Of a stretch of DNA of 64,000 nucleotides, positions 51,459-60,999 are shown piece by piece (the first letter of the stretch is position 1; each line of letters begins with the position of its first letter). The DNA is from Mobula hypostoma (taxonomy: Eukaryota). The DNA is taken from assembly GCF_963921235.1 (NCBI RefSeq), contig NC_086118.1, forward strand, positions 25,980,001 through 26,044,000. Direction: 5' to 3'. Under the pieces are notes generated by a model. It had not been told where the DNA came from and made no database searches. It saw only the letters and a list, made by a program, of their open reading frames with translations. Position numbers and translations under genes: made by a program.

Positions 51459-53059
51459 CATCATCATCATCATGGCTTAGCTTCGCGAACGAAGATTTAG
51501 GAAGGGGGCTGCCCATGTCTGCTGCAGGCTCGCTGGTGGCTGACGAGGCCAGTACAGGACAGGCAGGCCCGGCCATAGCGGCTGCAAGGGAAATTCTGTT
51601 CTAGGTTTGGTGCTGCTGTGTCACGATTCTTCCTCCTTCTCCTTTTGTCCTCAATGCCAACGCTGCGCGCATTCTCGAAGGAGGAGACAGACTGGTGAAT
51701 GGTGTGTCGCCAGGCCTCGCGATCGAGGCTAGATTAAACCACTGGCAATGGCGAATGTGACAAGCACTAAGGAATTTCTTCAGAGAGTCCTTGTACCTCA
51801 TCTTCAGTGCCCCTCTGTCACAGTGGCCAGTGGAAAGTTCGCCATACAGCACAATCTTGGGCAGGCAATGATCCTCCATCCTGGAGACGTGCCCTGCCCA
51901 GCGCAGCTGCGTCTTCAACAGCACGGCCTCGATGCTGGTGACCTCTGCCTAATCGAGGACTTCGATGTTTGTGACAAAGTCACTCCAATGGATGTTGAAG
52001 ATGGTGCGGACGCAGCGCTGATGGAAACGCTAAGGAGTCGTAGGAAGTGATGGTCGGTGACCCACGACTCGAAGCCATACAGGAGGGTGGTCAGTACAAC
52101 GGTCCATACACGCTGATCTTTGTGCCTTTCTTCAAATGCTTGTTGTTCCAGACTCTTTTGTACAGCCTGATGAATGCGCTGTTTGCCTTTGCCAGTCTGT
52201 TGTCAATCTTTTTGTTGACACAAAATAGTCTGCAGATGCTGTAAAAGATCAAAGCAACACTTTCAGTACGCTGGATGAACTCAGCAGGTCAGGCAGCATC
52301 AGTCAGAAATGATGCGTTGACGTTTTGGGCCGGAACCCTTCGTCAGGATTGAAGAATGAAAGATGGGGAAGGACTTGAAGAATGCTTGTAGCGTCAGTTG
52401 ATAGACCAGTAATTTGAAAGACAAAGGGGTGGGGGAGGGGAAGCATTGACGTCATAGCCCTGAAAACAATGGGTGGTAGAAGAAGGAGGCGGAACCATGA
52501 GGGAGATGGGGGAGGGGGTAGAGTGAAATAGGGATAGAGGAAGGGAGGGGGAGGGAATTACGGGAAGTTGGAGAATTCTATGTTCATACCAAGGGGCTGG
52601 AGACTACCTAGACGTTATATGAGGTGTTGCTCCTCCAACCTGAGTTTAGCCTCATCATGGCAGTAGAGGTGGCCATGTATGGACATAATGTTTTTGTTGA
52701 TTTTGGCATCTGACGAGATGGTGCAGCCCAGGTAGTTGAACTGGTGGACTGTCTTCAGATCTACCTCATCGATGGTGATGCGGGGAGGGTGGTAATCTTC
52801 CTGAGGTGTGGGCTGATGGAGAACTTCTGTCTTCTTCAAGCTGACTTCCAGTCCGAAGAGCTCAGCAGCCTCTGCGAAGCAGGATGTTATACGCTGCAGG
52901 GCTGTCTCTGTGTGGGCAACAAGGGCAGCATCATCGGTGAAGAGTAGCTCTCGGATGAGTTGCTCCAGTGTTTTGGTGTGGGACTGTAGTCGCCTCAGGT
53001 TGAACAGGCTGCCATCGGTGTGGTATCGAATGTAGACACCATCCTCGTCATCAAGGTCT
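51459..53059 (-). mobile_element. RTE-clade LINE 3' part inserted in the Gypsy LTR
   Basis: DGSLFNLRRL..ELLFTDDAALVA and QLRWAGHVSRM motifs, (ATG)n tail, and a 12-bp TSD tgggtgaaatgt at 51447-51458 and 53060-53071. Confidence 0.93.
52219..52690 (-). mobile_element. Penelope-like 3' fragment with pLTR inserted in the RTE
   Basis: EAKLRLEEQHLI tail; hammerhead remnant at 52316-52350 (GAAA to AAAA); TSD tttttgttga at 52209-52218 and 52691-52700. Confidence 0.9.
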
Positions 53060-53186
53060 TGGGTGAAATGTAAACAATTCACAACCACCAACATTGAGTT
53101 GGGGTTTTGCTTTAAGGGGCTGGTCTGAGCTGTTAATGTTGTTACAGAAAGGTTTTTAGAGCTATTTTGTATGAGCTGTACTTTTC

Positions 53187-54137
53187 GTGATTTTTATTAA
53201 CGACCTGGATGTTGGGGTAGAAGGGTGGGTTGGCAAGTTTGCAGATGACACAAAGGTTGGTGGTGTTGTAGCTAATGTAGAGGATTGTCAAAGATTGCAG
53301 AGAGACATTGATACGATGCAGAAGTGGGCTGAGAAGTGGCAGATGGAGTTCAACCCGGAGAAGTGTGAGGTGGGTACACTTTGGATGGACAAACTTCAAG
53401 GCAAAGTACAAGGTAAATGGCAGGATACTTGGTAGTGTGGAGGAGCAGAGGGATCTCGGGGTACATGTCCACAGATCCCTGAAAGTTGCCTCACAGGTGG
53501 ATAGGGTAGTTAAGAAAGCTTATGGGGTGTTAGCTTTCATAAGTCGAGGGATAGAGTTTAAGAGTCGCGATGTAATGATGCAGCTCTATAAAACTCTGGT
53601 TAGGCCACACTTGGAGTACTGTGTCCAGTTCTGGTCACCTCACTATAGGAAGGATGTGGAAGCATTGGAAAGGGTACAGAGGAGATTTACCAGGATGCTG
53701 CCTGGTTTAGAGAGTATGGATTATGATCAGAGATGAAGGGAGCTAGGGCTTTACTCTTTGGATAGAAGGAGGATGAGAGGAGATATGATAGAGGTGTACA
53801 AGATAATAAGAAGAATAGAGTGGATAGCCAGCGCCTCTTCCCCAGGGCACCACTGCTCAATGCAAGAGGACATGGCTTTAAGGTAAGGGGTGGGAAGTTC
53901 AAGGGGGATATTAGCGGAAGGTTTTTTACTCAGAGAGTGGTTGATGCATGGAATGCACTGCCCGAGTCAGTACTGGAGGCAGATACACTAGTGAAGTTTA
54001 AGAGACTACTAGACAGGTATATGGAGGAATTTAAGGTGGGGGCTTATATGGGAGGCAGGGTTTGAGGGTCGGCACAACATTGTGGGCCAAAGGGCCTGTA
54101 CTGTACTGTACTATTCTATGTTCTACGTTCTATGTTT
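53187..54137 (+). mobile_element. Young 5'-truncated CR1 inserted in the Gypsy LTR
   Basis: FADDTKVGG and LVRPHLEYCVQFWSP motifs; (TTCTATG)n-type tail. Confidence 0.93.
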
Positions 54138-54689
54138 AGGTTCTGGAGTTCAATAGAACGTGTTACGAATTTCATTAAACATAAAATGCCTCACCTTGTT
54201 TTATTTGTGAAAACCTACAGAATTAGGCAAGAACATGGGAGCATAAGTTGGGAAGAGATTTATGTATGGAAATGCATAATGGAAATGTAAAGAATGTTTA
54301 GGGAACACATGCATGGGGTTCTGGAAGGTTTGTTCCATTGAGGTAGGGAAAAGTTGGTAGGGTGAAGGAAATATGGTTGTCAAGAGATATGGGACATCTA
54401 GTCAAAAGCAAGATAGAAGCACAATTGAAGTTTAGGAAGCAAGGATTAGATAGGAATCTTGAAAATTACAATGTATTCAGGAAGGAGCTTAAGAATGGAT
54501 TTAAGAGAGCTATAAGGGGACATGCGTTTTTCTTTCAATTAGTTTTTGGAGTTACAAAATATTGCACCCTGAATCCACCACAACGCAGCATTACACAGTT
54601 AGCAGCCTGTTTCCTTGCTCCTAATGGGACAATGGAGCACAACATGTAGAGAAAGGGGCAGGAGTAGAGCTGGCTCACAGCAACCAGTG

Positions 54690-55012
54690 CAATCAGTGAT
54701 CAATACGATCATACTTTCAGTTCTTATCCGCAGGCTCCAAAACCTGAGCCTCTGTACCTCCATCTGCAATAGGATCCTTGGCTTCCTCAGCGGGAGTCCG
54801 CAGTCTGTGCGTATCGGAAATAACAACTCTTCCTCGCTTACAGTCAACACTGCTCTACTCTTCATACCTATGACTCTGTGGCTAGGCACAACTCCTACAC
54901 CATCTATAAATGTGCAACTATTATTGGCAAAATTTCAAATGGTAATGAGGAGGCGTACCAGAGTGAGATAGATCAGTTGCTTGAGTGGTGTTGCAGTAAC
55001 AACCTTGCACTC
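54690..55012 (+). mobile_element. Rex1/Babar RT fragment
   Basis: NTIILSVLIRRLQNLSLCTSICNRILGFL..YQSEIDQLLEWCCSNNL. Confidence 0.75.
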
Positions 55013-55132
55013 GAAGTTCAAAGTTCTAAGTTCAAAGTTCAAAAGTTCAAAGTGAATTTATTATCAAATTACATATATGTCACCATGTACAACGCTGAGA
55101 TTCATTTTCTTGTGGGCATACTCAATTAAATC

Positions 55133-55715
55133 TGTTGTTGTGTGAATCAAGTCACCGGAGGAAGGTACTGGTAGCTATGAAGTAGCCTCTTTATTCAACA
55201 AAGCATGATACTGCTGGCATCATATTGAGACACCTACGGTTAAAAAAGGTCTGGTTGACCCACAACACTACACAGATTCTATGTGCTAAAGATCAGAGAA
55301 AATTCAGGACAATTCAAACATATTAACAGTGCTTCATTTGAACTACATGTAACAGTTTCAAATACCTGGATCTTCCTACTATCACATGCAAAATAAGTGT
55401 TAATTACTGTCATATTCATGCAATGGGAAGTTGATTGGAATCTGGCAAACAGTATGTAGGCAGTTAATTTTACAGTCCTGACAAAGGGTCTCGGCCTGAA
55501 ACGTCGACTGCACCTCTTCCTAGAGATGCTGCCTGGCCTGCTGCGTTCACCAGCAACTTTGATGTGTGTTGCTTGTAGACAGTTAATTACCTGTTTCCTG
55601 TCTGCCTGGTCTGCATTTTAGATGTGATCTTCAATGCATGTTCGAATCTGAAGGCTAGTGGCTGAAGTTGGTTAGTTAATTGCTGTATGTGCTAACCCCA
55701 AAAATCACTCTAACA
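55133..55715 (-). repeat. 3' LTR of the provirus
   Basis: PPT aagaggaggga (55717-55727) precedes TGTTA at 55715. AATAAA at 55190-55195; ends AACA at 55133. Confidence 0.75.
55470..55573 (+). mobile_element. Penelope pLTR fragment starting at the hammerhead (G8 to A mutant), inserted in the LTR
   Basis: cagtc CTGACAA agggtctcggcct GAAACGTC gactg; TSD tgtag(g/a)cagttaatt at 55455-55469 and 55574-55588. Confidence 0.85.
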
Positions 55716-56750
55716 GTCCCTCCTCTTGGCACTCCAGGACAAAAATAAAATCGTACCAGGAAAGGCCAACCTTAAGGAGGATCTACTCAAGCAAGAATGC
55801 CCTGCCTCGGAATTTCCCCCAGTTACTTTATGTGCATCTACATCTACCCTATCATTCCTAAAGGCTACCTACAAAATGCCAAGCAGAGAGATTGTACCAG
55901 AAATTTGAACAGTCTTTAGAAATGCAGCTTCATTCATATGCCTCTTGGTTCGGTCCCTGCTGGCTGAATCCAGCTTTGTCATATTCCTTGTCTTCAACCC
56001 TTCATTCTCTCTAGCTAAAACCCTCTTTCCAGGCACACCGGAGAGGTAAGTGCATCAGGCTCACAGGCCCTCTCATCGACGCACAGGAGGGTTTGGGGTG
56101 GTCTCCATTTGAGTGACTGCAAAAGCCTCTCCCCGGTGGCACCCACTTCCAAACTGTCCAGTCAATCGCTAGCCCAACTGCTGAAAGGGCCCAGCTCATT
56201 TGTAATCACTCCACATTCAGGCTGGGTGTGACTGCCAAGAGATGCCGTGTGCAATCTTTCTCATTCTGCCATGCCATCAAAGTTGTGCAACCTGCTGTCT
56301 CTGCTTTAACTTAAATCCCTCCCCATTTACTTTCCCAAAAAATTTTTCTATTCTATGCTATTCAACTAATCAACTACCTTCAGCAACCAGCTTCATTGCA
56401 GAATACCGTTACAATCACACTTCAGCATGCTGTTCACAGGTTTCTGTCACACTCTTGGAGTCGTCAGCCTTCGCGTATGCTGTGGGTGTATTTCCATCAA
56501 CTGTGGCCAGGTCTGGTGTATCTTAGGTTCTCTGCAATTACATGGTTACTGGGTACACTTGACCCCCGCTCTATCTGTGGGGGCAACGAGGTGAGTCATA
56601 TGGTAGAACCTGGGTCCAGTGTTTCCACTGGCTGCCTCACTGAATCTGCACACAGACACAACTGTCACTTGTCACAAGCACCATCTGGGAGCAAACCCTG
56701 CCCTTTTAGCAACCTCACCATGACTTGGTCACCTGGCTGTGGGAGGACTA

Positions 56751-56974
56751 ATCACAAGCAAGAGAAGTCGCAGATGCTGGAAGTCCAAGCAACACACACA
56801 AGATGCTGGAGGAACTCAGCAGGCCAGGCAGCATCTATGGAAAAGAGTACAGTCATCGTTTCAGGCTGAAACCCTTTGGCAGGACTTCCTGCTGACGGGT
56901 CTCGGCCTGAAACGTCAACTGTACTCTTTTCCATTGATGCTGCCTGGCCTGCTGAGCTCTTCCAGCATTTTGCT
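56751..56974. mobile_element. Fold-back Penelope pLTR pair inserted in the integrase C-terminal region
   Basis: Inverted arms meet at ~56885, each with a degenerate hammerhead; 13-bp TSD tgtgggaggacta at 56738-56750 and 56975-56987. Confidence 0.88.
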
Positions 56975-57091
56975 TGTGGGAGGACTATCTCCTTTCCCTC
57001 TGACTCTCTCTGATCAGCAATGTGCTGCTGCTATTTTTCTGGGTCCTTCAACAATTTAAGTTGCTGACAAAGGCCTTTCACATACTGCGTC

Positions 57092-57292
57092 TGTTGTGTC
57101 TGTGCACATCTACATATATATTAAATAAAAGCACGGGCGTGGGAGATGGCTTTAACTGGTGTATTCACATTGCAGCGGGAGAGAAAGAACAGTGCGCAGT
57201 GTGTAGACAACACCGCAGGTGCAGACAACAGATCAATGCGTAGTGCTAAGGGGGAGATCATTGTTCTAAAAGAAATAGGTCCATACATTACA
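57092..57292. mobile_element. Solo LTR (201 bp) inserted in the integrase
   Basis: TGT...ACA termini with 5-bp flanks gcgtc and gtgtc. The integrase frame (SNRLT|QYVKGL) rejoins when it is removed. Confidence 0.75.
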
Positions 57293-58129
57293 GTGTCAGT
57301 CTATTGCTGTAGGCCCCAGGCTCACCACAACCCATAATTACCCCATAGGGGAGTCGCATTGCTCGCCCCATCAATAATTCGTAGGGGCTGAGACCCAGTG
57401 TGCATTTTGGGATTGCTTGCAATCTCATCAGGTTTCCTGGTTATCAGCCCACATCTTTCCTGTCTCAGTTATAGCTTTGGTTAAGGTATTCTTGGTTGTT
57501 CGATTTATCCTTTCTACCGTCCCTGAGCTCTGAGGGTGGTAGGGTACGTGGAACTGTTGTTGAATCTCTAAGAGCCAGCTCCCTTCCTTCATCACTTTCC
57601 CTGTGAAATGTGCTCCCTGATCTGAGTCCACCTGGACTGGGGTTCCCCTCCTTCAGAGTATTTCCTGAACTAGCATCCATACACAGCCGTGCTGGTTGTG
57701 CAGTCCCCTGTTGGGAAAGCCTCTACCCACCCGGTGATGTGATCCATAATTACAAGACAACGGCTTCTTCCCCAGCATTTTTGGCAGAAGCCCCTTGAAT
57801 TCCATCTGGACGTTTTCCCAGGGCCCCCTCGGCCATGGCTGGTTTGCCATCTGTAGCTTTATGCCCTTACCAGGGTTATGCTGGGCACAAATGATACAAC
57901 GGCAGCAGAATTTCTCATCATCCCCGCCCATCCCAGCCACCACCGGACGGTTGTGATCATGCTCTGCCTTCCCTGACGCATCACCCCAAGATAAAACTTC
58001 AGAAATATCTGCCTAATACATGATGGCGCCACCACGACTTCTTCCTCCCCATGGGTCCATCTCCCATCTGGTCCCTCCTTTGCTCCATTTCTCCTTCTCT
58101 TCTGCCTCCACCTCTTCATATAAATTTAG

Positions 58130-58650
58130 AAAAATGGCTTCAGTCATTTCTTCTTGTATGCTTACAATTGCAATTGCCTCTTGTTCCTCTGCTGCCTTCT
58201 TCACACTGATGTCTGCCCACTCATTTCCTTTCTGTTCCTTACTGTCCGCTTTCTGGTGAGCTTTTACTTTAATTACTGACCCCTTGGCTGGCAGACTCAT
58301 TGCTTCCACTAGCTGTTGTATTGGGCACCCGTGCTGAATACCTGCCCTTGATAAAGTTACAAATCCTCATCGTGCCCCTGCCATCAGATAATCATGTACC
58401 ACCCCGAAGCCATACCGTCTGCCTTTACTGTAGCGCAGTGCTTCTATTGGGGCCACCAGTTCCGCCACCTGAGCTGAGCAGCCCCCGGCAGTGCTCCTGA
58501 AGCTAATTCTTCTCATGTTTCCTTCACCATGGCCCACCCAGTCTGTGGCTTCCCGTCTATGTACCTCTGAAACCCATCCATAAAAATTTCCTCTGCTTCC
58601 CCTTTAAGAAGTGTTTCTATCACACCGGTATCTTCCTTCTGCTCTATTTC
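58130..58650 (-). pseudogene. Retroviral-type RNase H
   Basis: IFMDG..GWAMV, SAQVAELVA..EAL, YGFGVVHDY, LPAKGSVIKVKAHQK..GNEWAD. Confidence 0.88.
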
Positions 58651-59250
58651 AGAATCAGAATCCTTTATTATCGCCAAGTATGTGGACACATACAGGGAAT
58701 TTGATGCCCGTTTCCCTGAGCTCTCGCCGTACAGAATCAAAAAGCAAACAAAACAATAGTGCAAATAATCGTGAACTATATACAATGAGGTATACCTGTG
58801 TATGTACAGGTGAACTTGGTTTATAATAGGCTAAAATTCAAGTGTTCCTAAGACTGATGGCATACGGAAAGAAACTGTTCTTGTACCTCTTTGTCCTGGC
58901 ATACAGTGATCTAAAGCGCCTACCAGAAGGAAGGAGTTGGAACAGGTGATGTCCAGGGTGTGATGGGTCTACAATGATGCTGCTTGCTCGCTTCCTGACT
59001 CTAGATGCATATAAGTTCTGGATCGAGGGCAGCTTCACACCAATAACCCTTTCTGCAGCCCTGATGGTTCTTTGGAGTCTATTCTTGTCTTGTTTGGTAG
59101 CTGATCCAAACCAGATAGTGATGGACGAACAGAGAACAGACTGGATTATTCCTGAATAGAATTGAATCAGCAGCTCCTGAGGCAGGTTGTACTTCCTGAG
59201 TTGACGTAGGAAATACAACCTCTGCTGAGCCTTTTTGATAAGAAAATTTG
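58650..59250 (-). mobile_element. Young Rex1/Babar-type LINE 3' end inserted in the provirus
   Basis: Open frame KKAQQRLYFLRQLRK..HPGHHLFQLLPSGRRFRS..NSFFPYAISL; AATAAA and a gattctgattct tail. Confidence 0.88.
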
Positions 59251-59377
59251 ATTCCATTTTGCACTCGTGTGCCTCCCCCTTTGTTAGGATGGTGCTTGCT
59301 GGATTCATTCCAGTGTCCCTAACTTACTTGTGAGGGGCTGTCTCTGCATCAGTTTTTATAGTGTACTACTTATGTGG

Positions 59378-59915
59378 GGTGTATGAGTGTCTAGGGAGGG
59401 GTAGCACCTCTGGTGGGGGGCCTGCCATGCCCTTTTTCAGGGCAGCTCATCCACCTTTGGTCCCCACCTGGCACTTAGCTCTCACCTGTGGCTCCAAGTA
59501 GCTGTAGCACCCGCAGTGGCCACATCCCGGTTGACCGTCTCAGCAGATAGGCCAAACCAGGTGAGGGTAGCCGACAGACCTTCGACCCTTGATGAGGTAG
59601 GGGATTTGTCTGTCCCAGCGTGTGAAGTCCGGCCCTGACGGATTGAGCGGAGGAGACCGATTAATGGTCCAACGGTCAAGGAGGCAGGCCCAGCAGGTGT
59701 TGGTGGAGCACTAAGAACACAACAAGACACGTAGACGTCCTGGTCATCCACCGCAAGGGGTGGTGATCTCTTTAAACTCACCCGGCAGAAGGCAAAGGCA
59801 AACAACTGCTGTAACCTGCCAAGTATATGATTTCCCAATATGTCAGGGCGGCATGGAGGGAAATCGTACACCAACTGGAAATTCCAGATGCGACCTAACG
59901 ACGACGACGACGACA
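59378..59915 (+). mobile_element. Non-autonomous RTE-derived short element (5' UTR-like body plus 3' tail)
   Basis: gaaggcaaaggcaaacaactgctgta..ctgcc resembles the RTE/BovB 5' motif. (GAC)n tail; TSD ct(a/g)cttatgtgg at 59366-59377 and 59917-59928. Confidence 0.7.
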
Positions 59916-60106
59916 ACTGCTTATGTGGTTTCTGCAGGCACCCCTCTATTTAACTGGGTTTATCTTTACTCAACCACAGTCTTGCTTGTGTCTTGTCCAC
60001 ACTGCTGTGAACTGCTGACAAAGTAACCCATAGCCACCATCCTGACTCCAGTCTCTGATGTTCACAGCTGCTGTGGCCACACTGGCTATTTGTTGGTTGT
60101 ACGTGT

Positions 60107-60430
60107 TCACTGCCCCTGGCTTGTCCATATTATTTCTCCATTTCCTGAATCTATAATGGGCCCTGCTTCCCTTAGGATGTCTATTCCAAAGATGGTTCCT
60201 TCATTAGTTGGACAGACCCTGATATACACTGGAAGCTGCACCCCGCTGATTTCGAACATTTGCGACTCACTTCTTTCAGCTTTCACCATTTTCACTCCTG
60301 CACCCAAAATAGAAATAGCCTGTCTGGTTGTTGGCAAGGGTAGGTCAGTTATCAATACTGATGTCCCTGTGTCAACTAACATATCACATTGCTGGCCCCC
60401 TAACAATGCTGTTGTGTACGTCCGTGGGTT
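60107..60430 (-). pseudogene. Retroviral aspartic protease (open frame)
   Basis: MLVDTGTSVLIT..ISILGAG..TIFGIDIL in ORF 60107-60610. Confidence 0.9.
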
Positions 60431-60999
60431 ACCAGCACTGGCAGTGGGAGCTGCCACCACATCTTTTTCTGACCTAGAAGCCATCTTCACCAGCTCTATG
60501 ATCTGTTCGACAGTCAGATTGGTCAGACTGGGCACTGATGGGGTCAGAGATTGCTTGTCGGTGTGACTTTCATCTGTTTTACTTTCCTTTTTTATGGACA
60601 CTACCTCCAACCATGTCCCTGCACCTGTAACATATCAACTCCTTTACCCTCCCATGTCTATACCATCAGTTCCTTGCTATGTGCACTGGTTGCTGGCACA
60701 CAAAGAAAACCCTCTGTGATGTCACAGCAGCTGCATTCACTATGGGCACTTACGACTTCTCTTGAACTTCCTTTGGTCTATCTGACCGGCTAATGAAACT
60801 ATTGCAGAGTAGGTTGACCTCACCACTATCCCTAAATCTAAAACTTCCTAGTAGGCTGACCTCAGGCTTTTCTTCATCATTTTCAGGAAGTCTGGCTTGT
60901 CCCTCCCTGGATTATCCAATCCTGAATACTCCCGATATGCTCAATATTCATGTTCTGCATAATCCATGGCTGTCTCATCAGCTCTTTGAATCACTGCCA

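Larger units (their letters stand above)
47500..54219 (+). mobile_element. Decayed Ty3/Gypsy LTR retrotransposon (PR-RT-RH-IN, PPT, interrupted 3' LTR; gag and 5' LTR missing)
   Basis: Protease remnant GAQVSVLP..LKAANSSKIQAYG, SPWVSPLHMV, MSFGLKNAA, YLDD at 49304-49315, DHKPL, and YHPQSNGLCE. G-run PPT at 51416-51427; LTR TGT at 51431 and ACA at 54219. Confidence 0.9.
56600..58120 (-). pseudogene. Retroviral integrase, frameshifted and interrupted
   Basis: WW..C..CAQHNPGK, PRGPWENVQM, DSDQGAHF, YHPQSSGTVERIN, GLSPYELLMGR, PGDQVMV..PRW..WKHWTQV. Confidence 0.88.

Noticed and set aside
52615..53094. Apparent RT-GIY-YIG fusion ORF
   Set aside because: The fusion arises at the Penelope insertion junction in the RTE, and the TSD is visible.
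58838..59308. 156-aa ORF as a viral accessory gene
   Set aside because: It is the ERV tether end joined in frame to an inserted Rex1/Babar LINE C-terminus.
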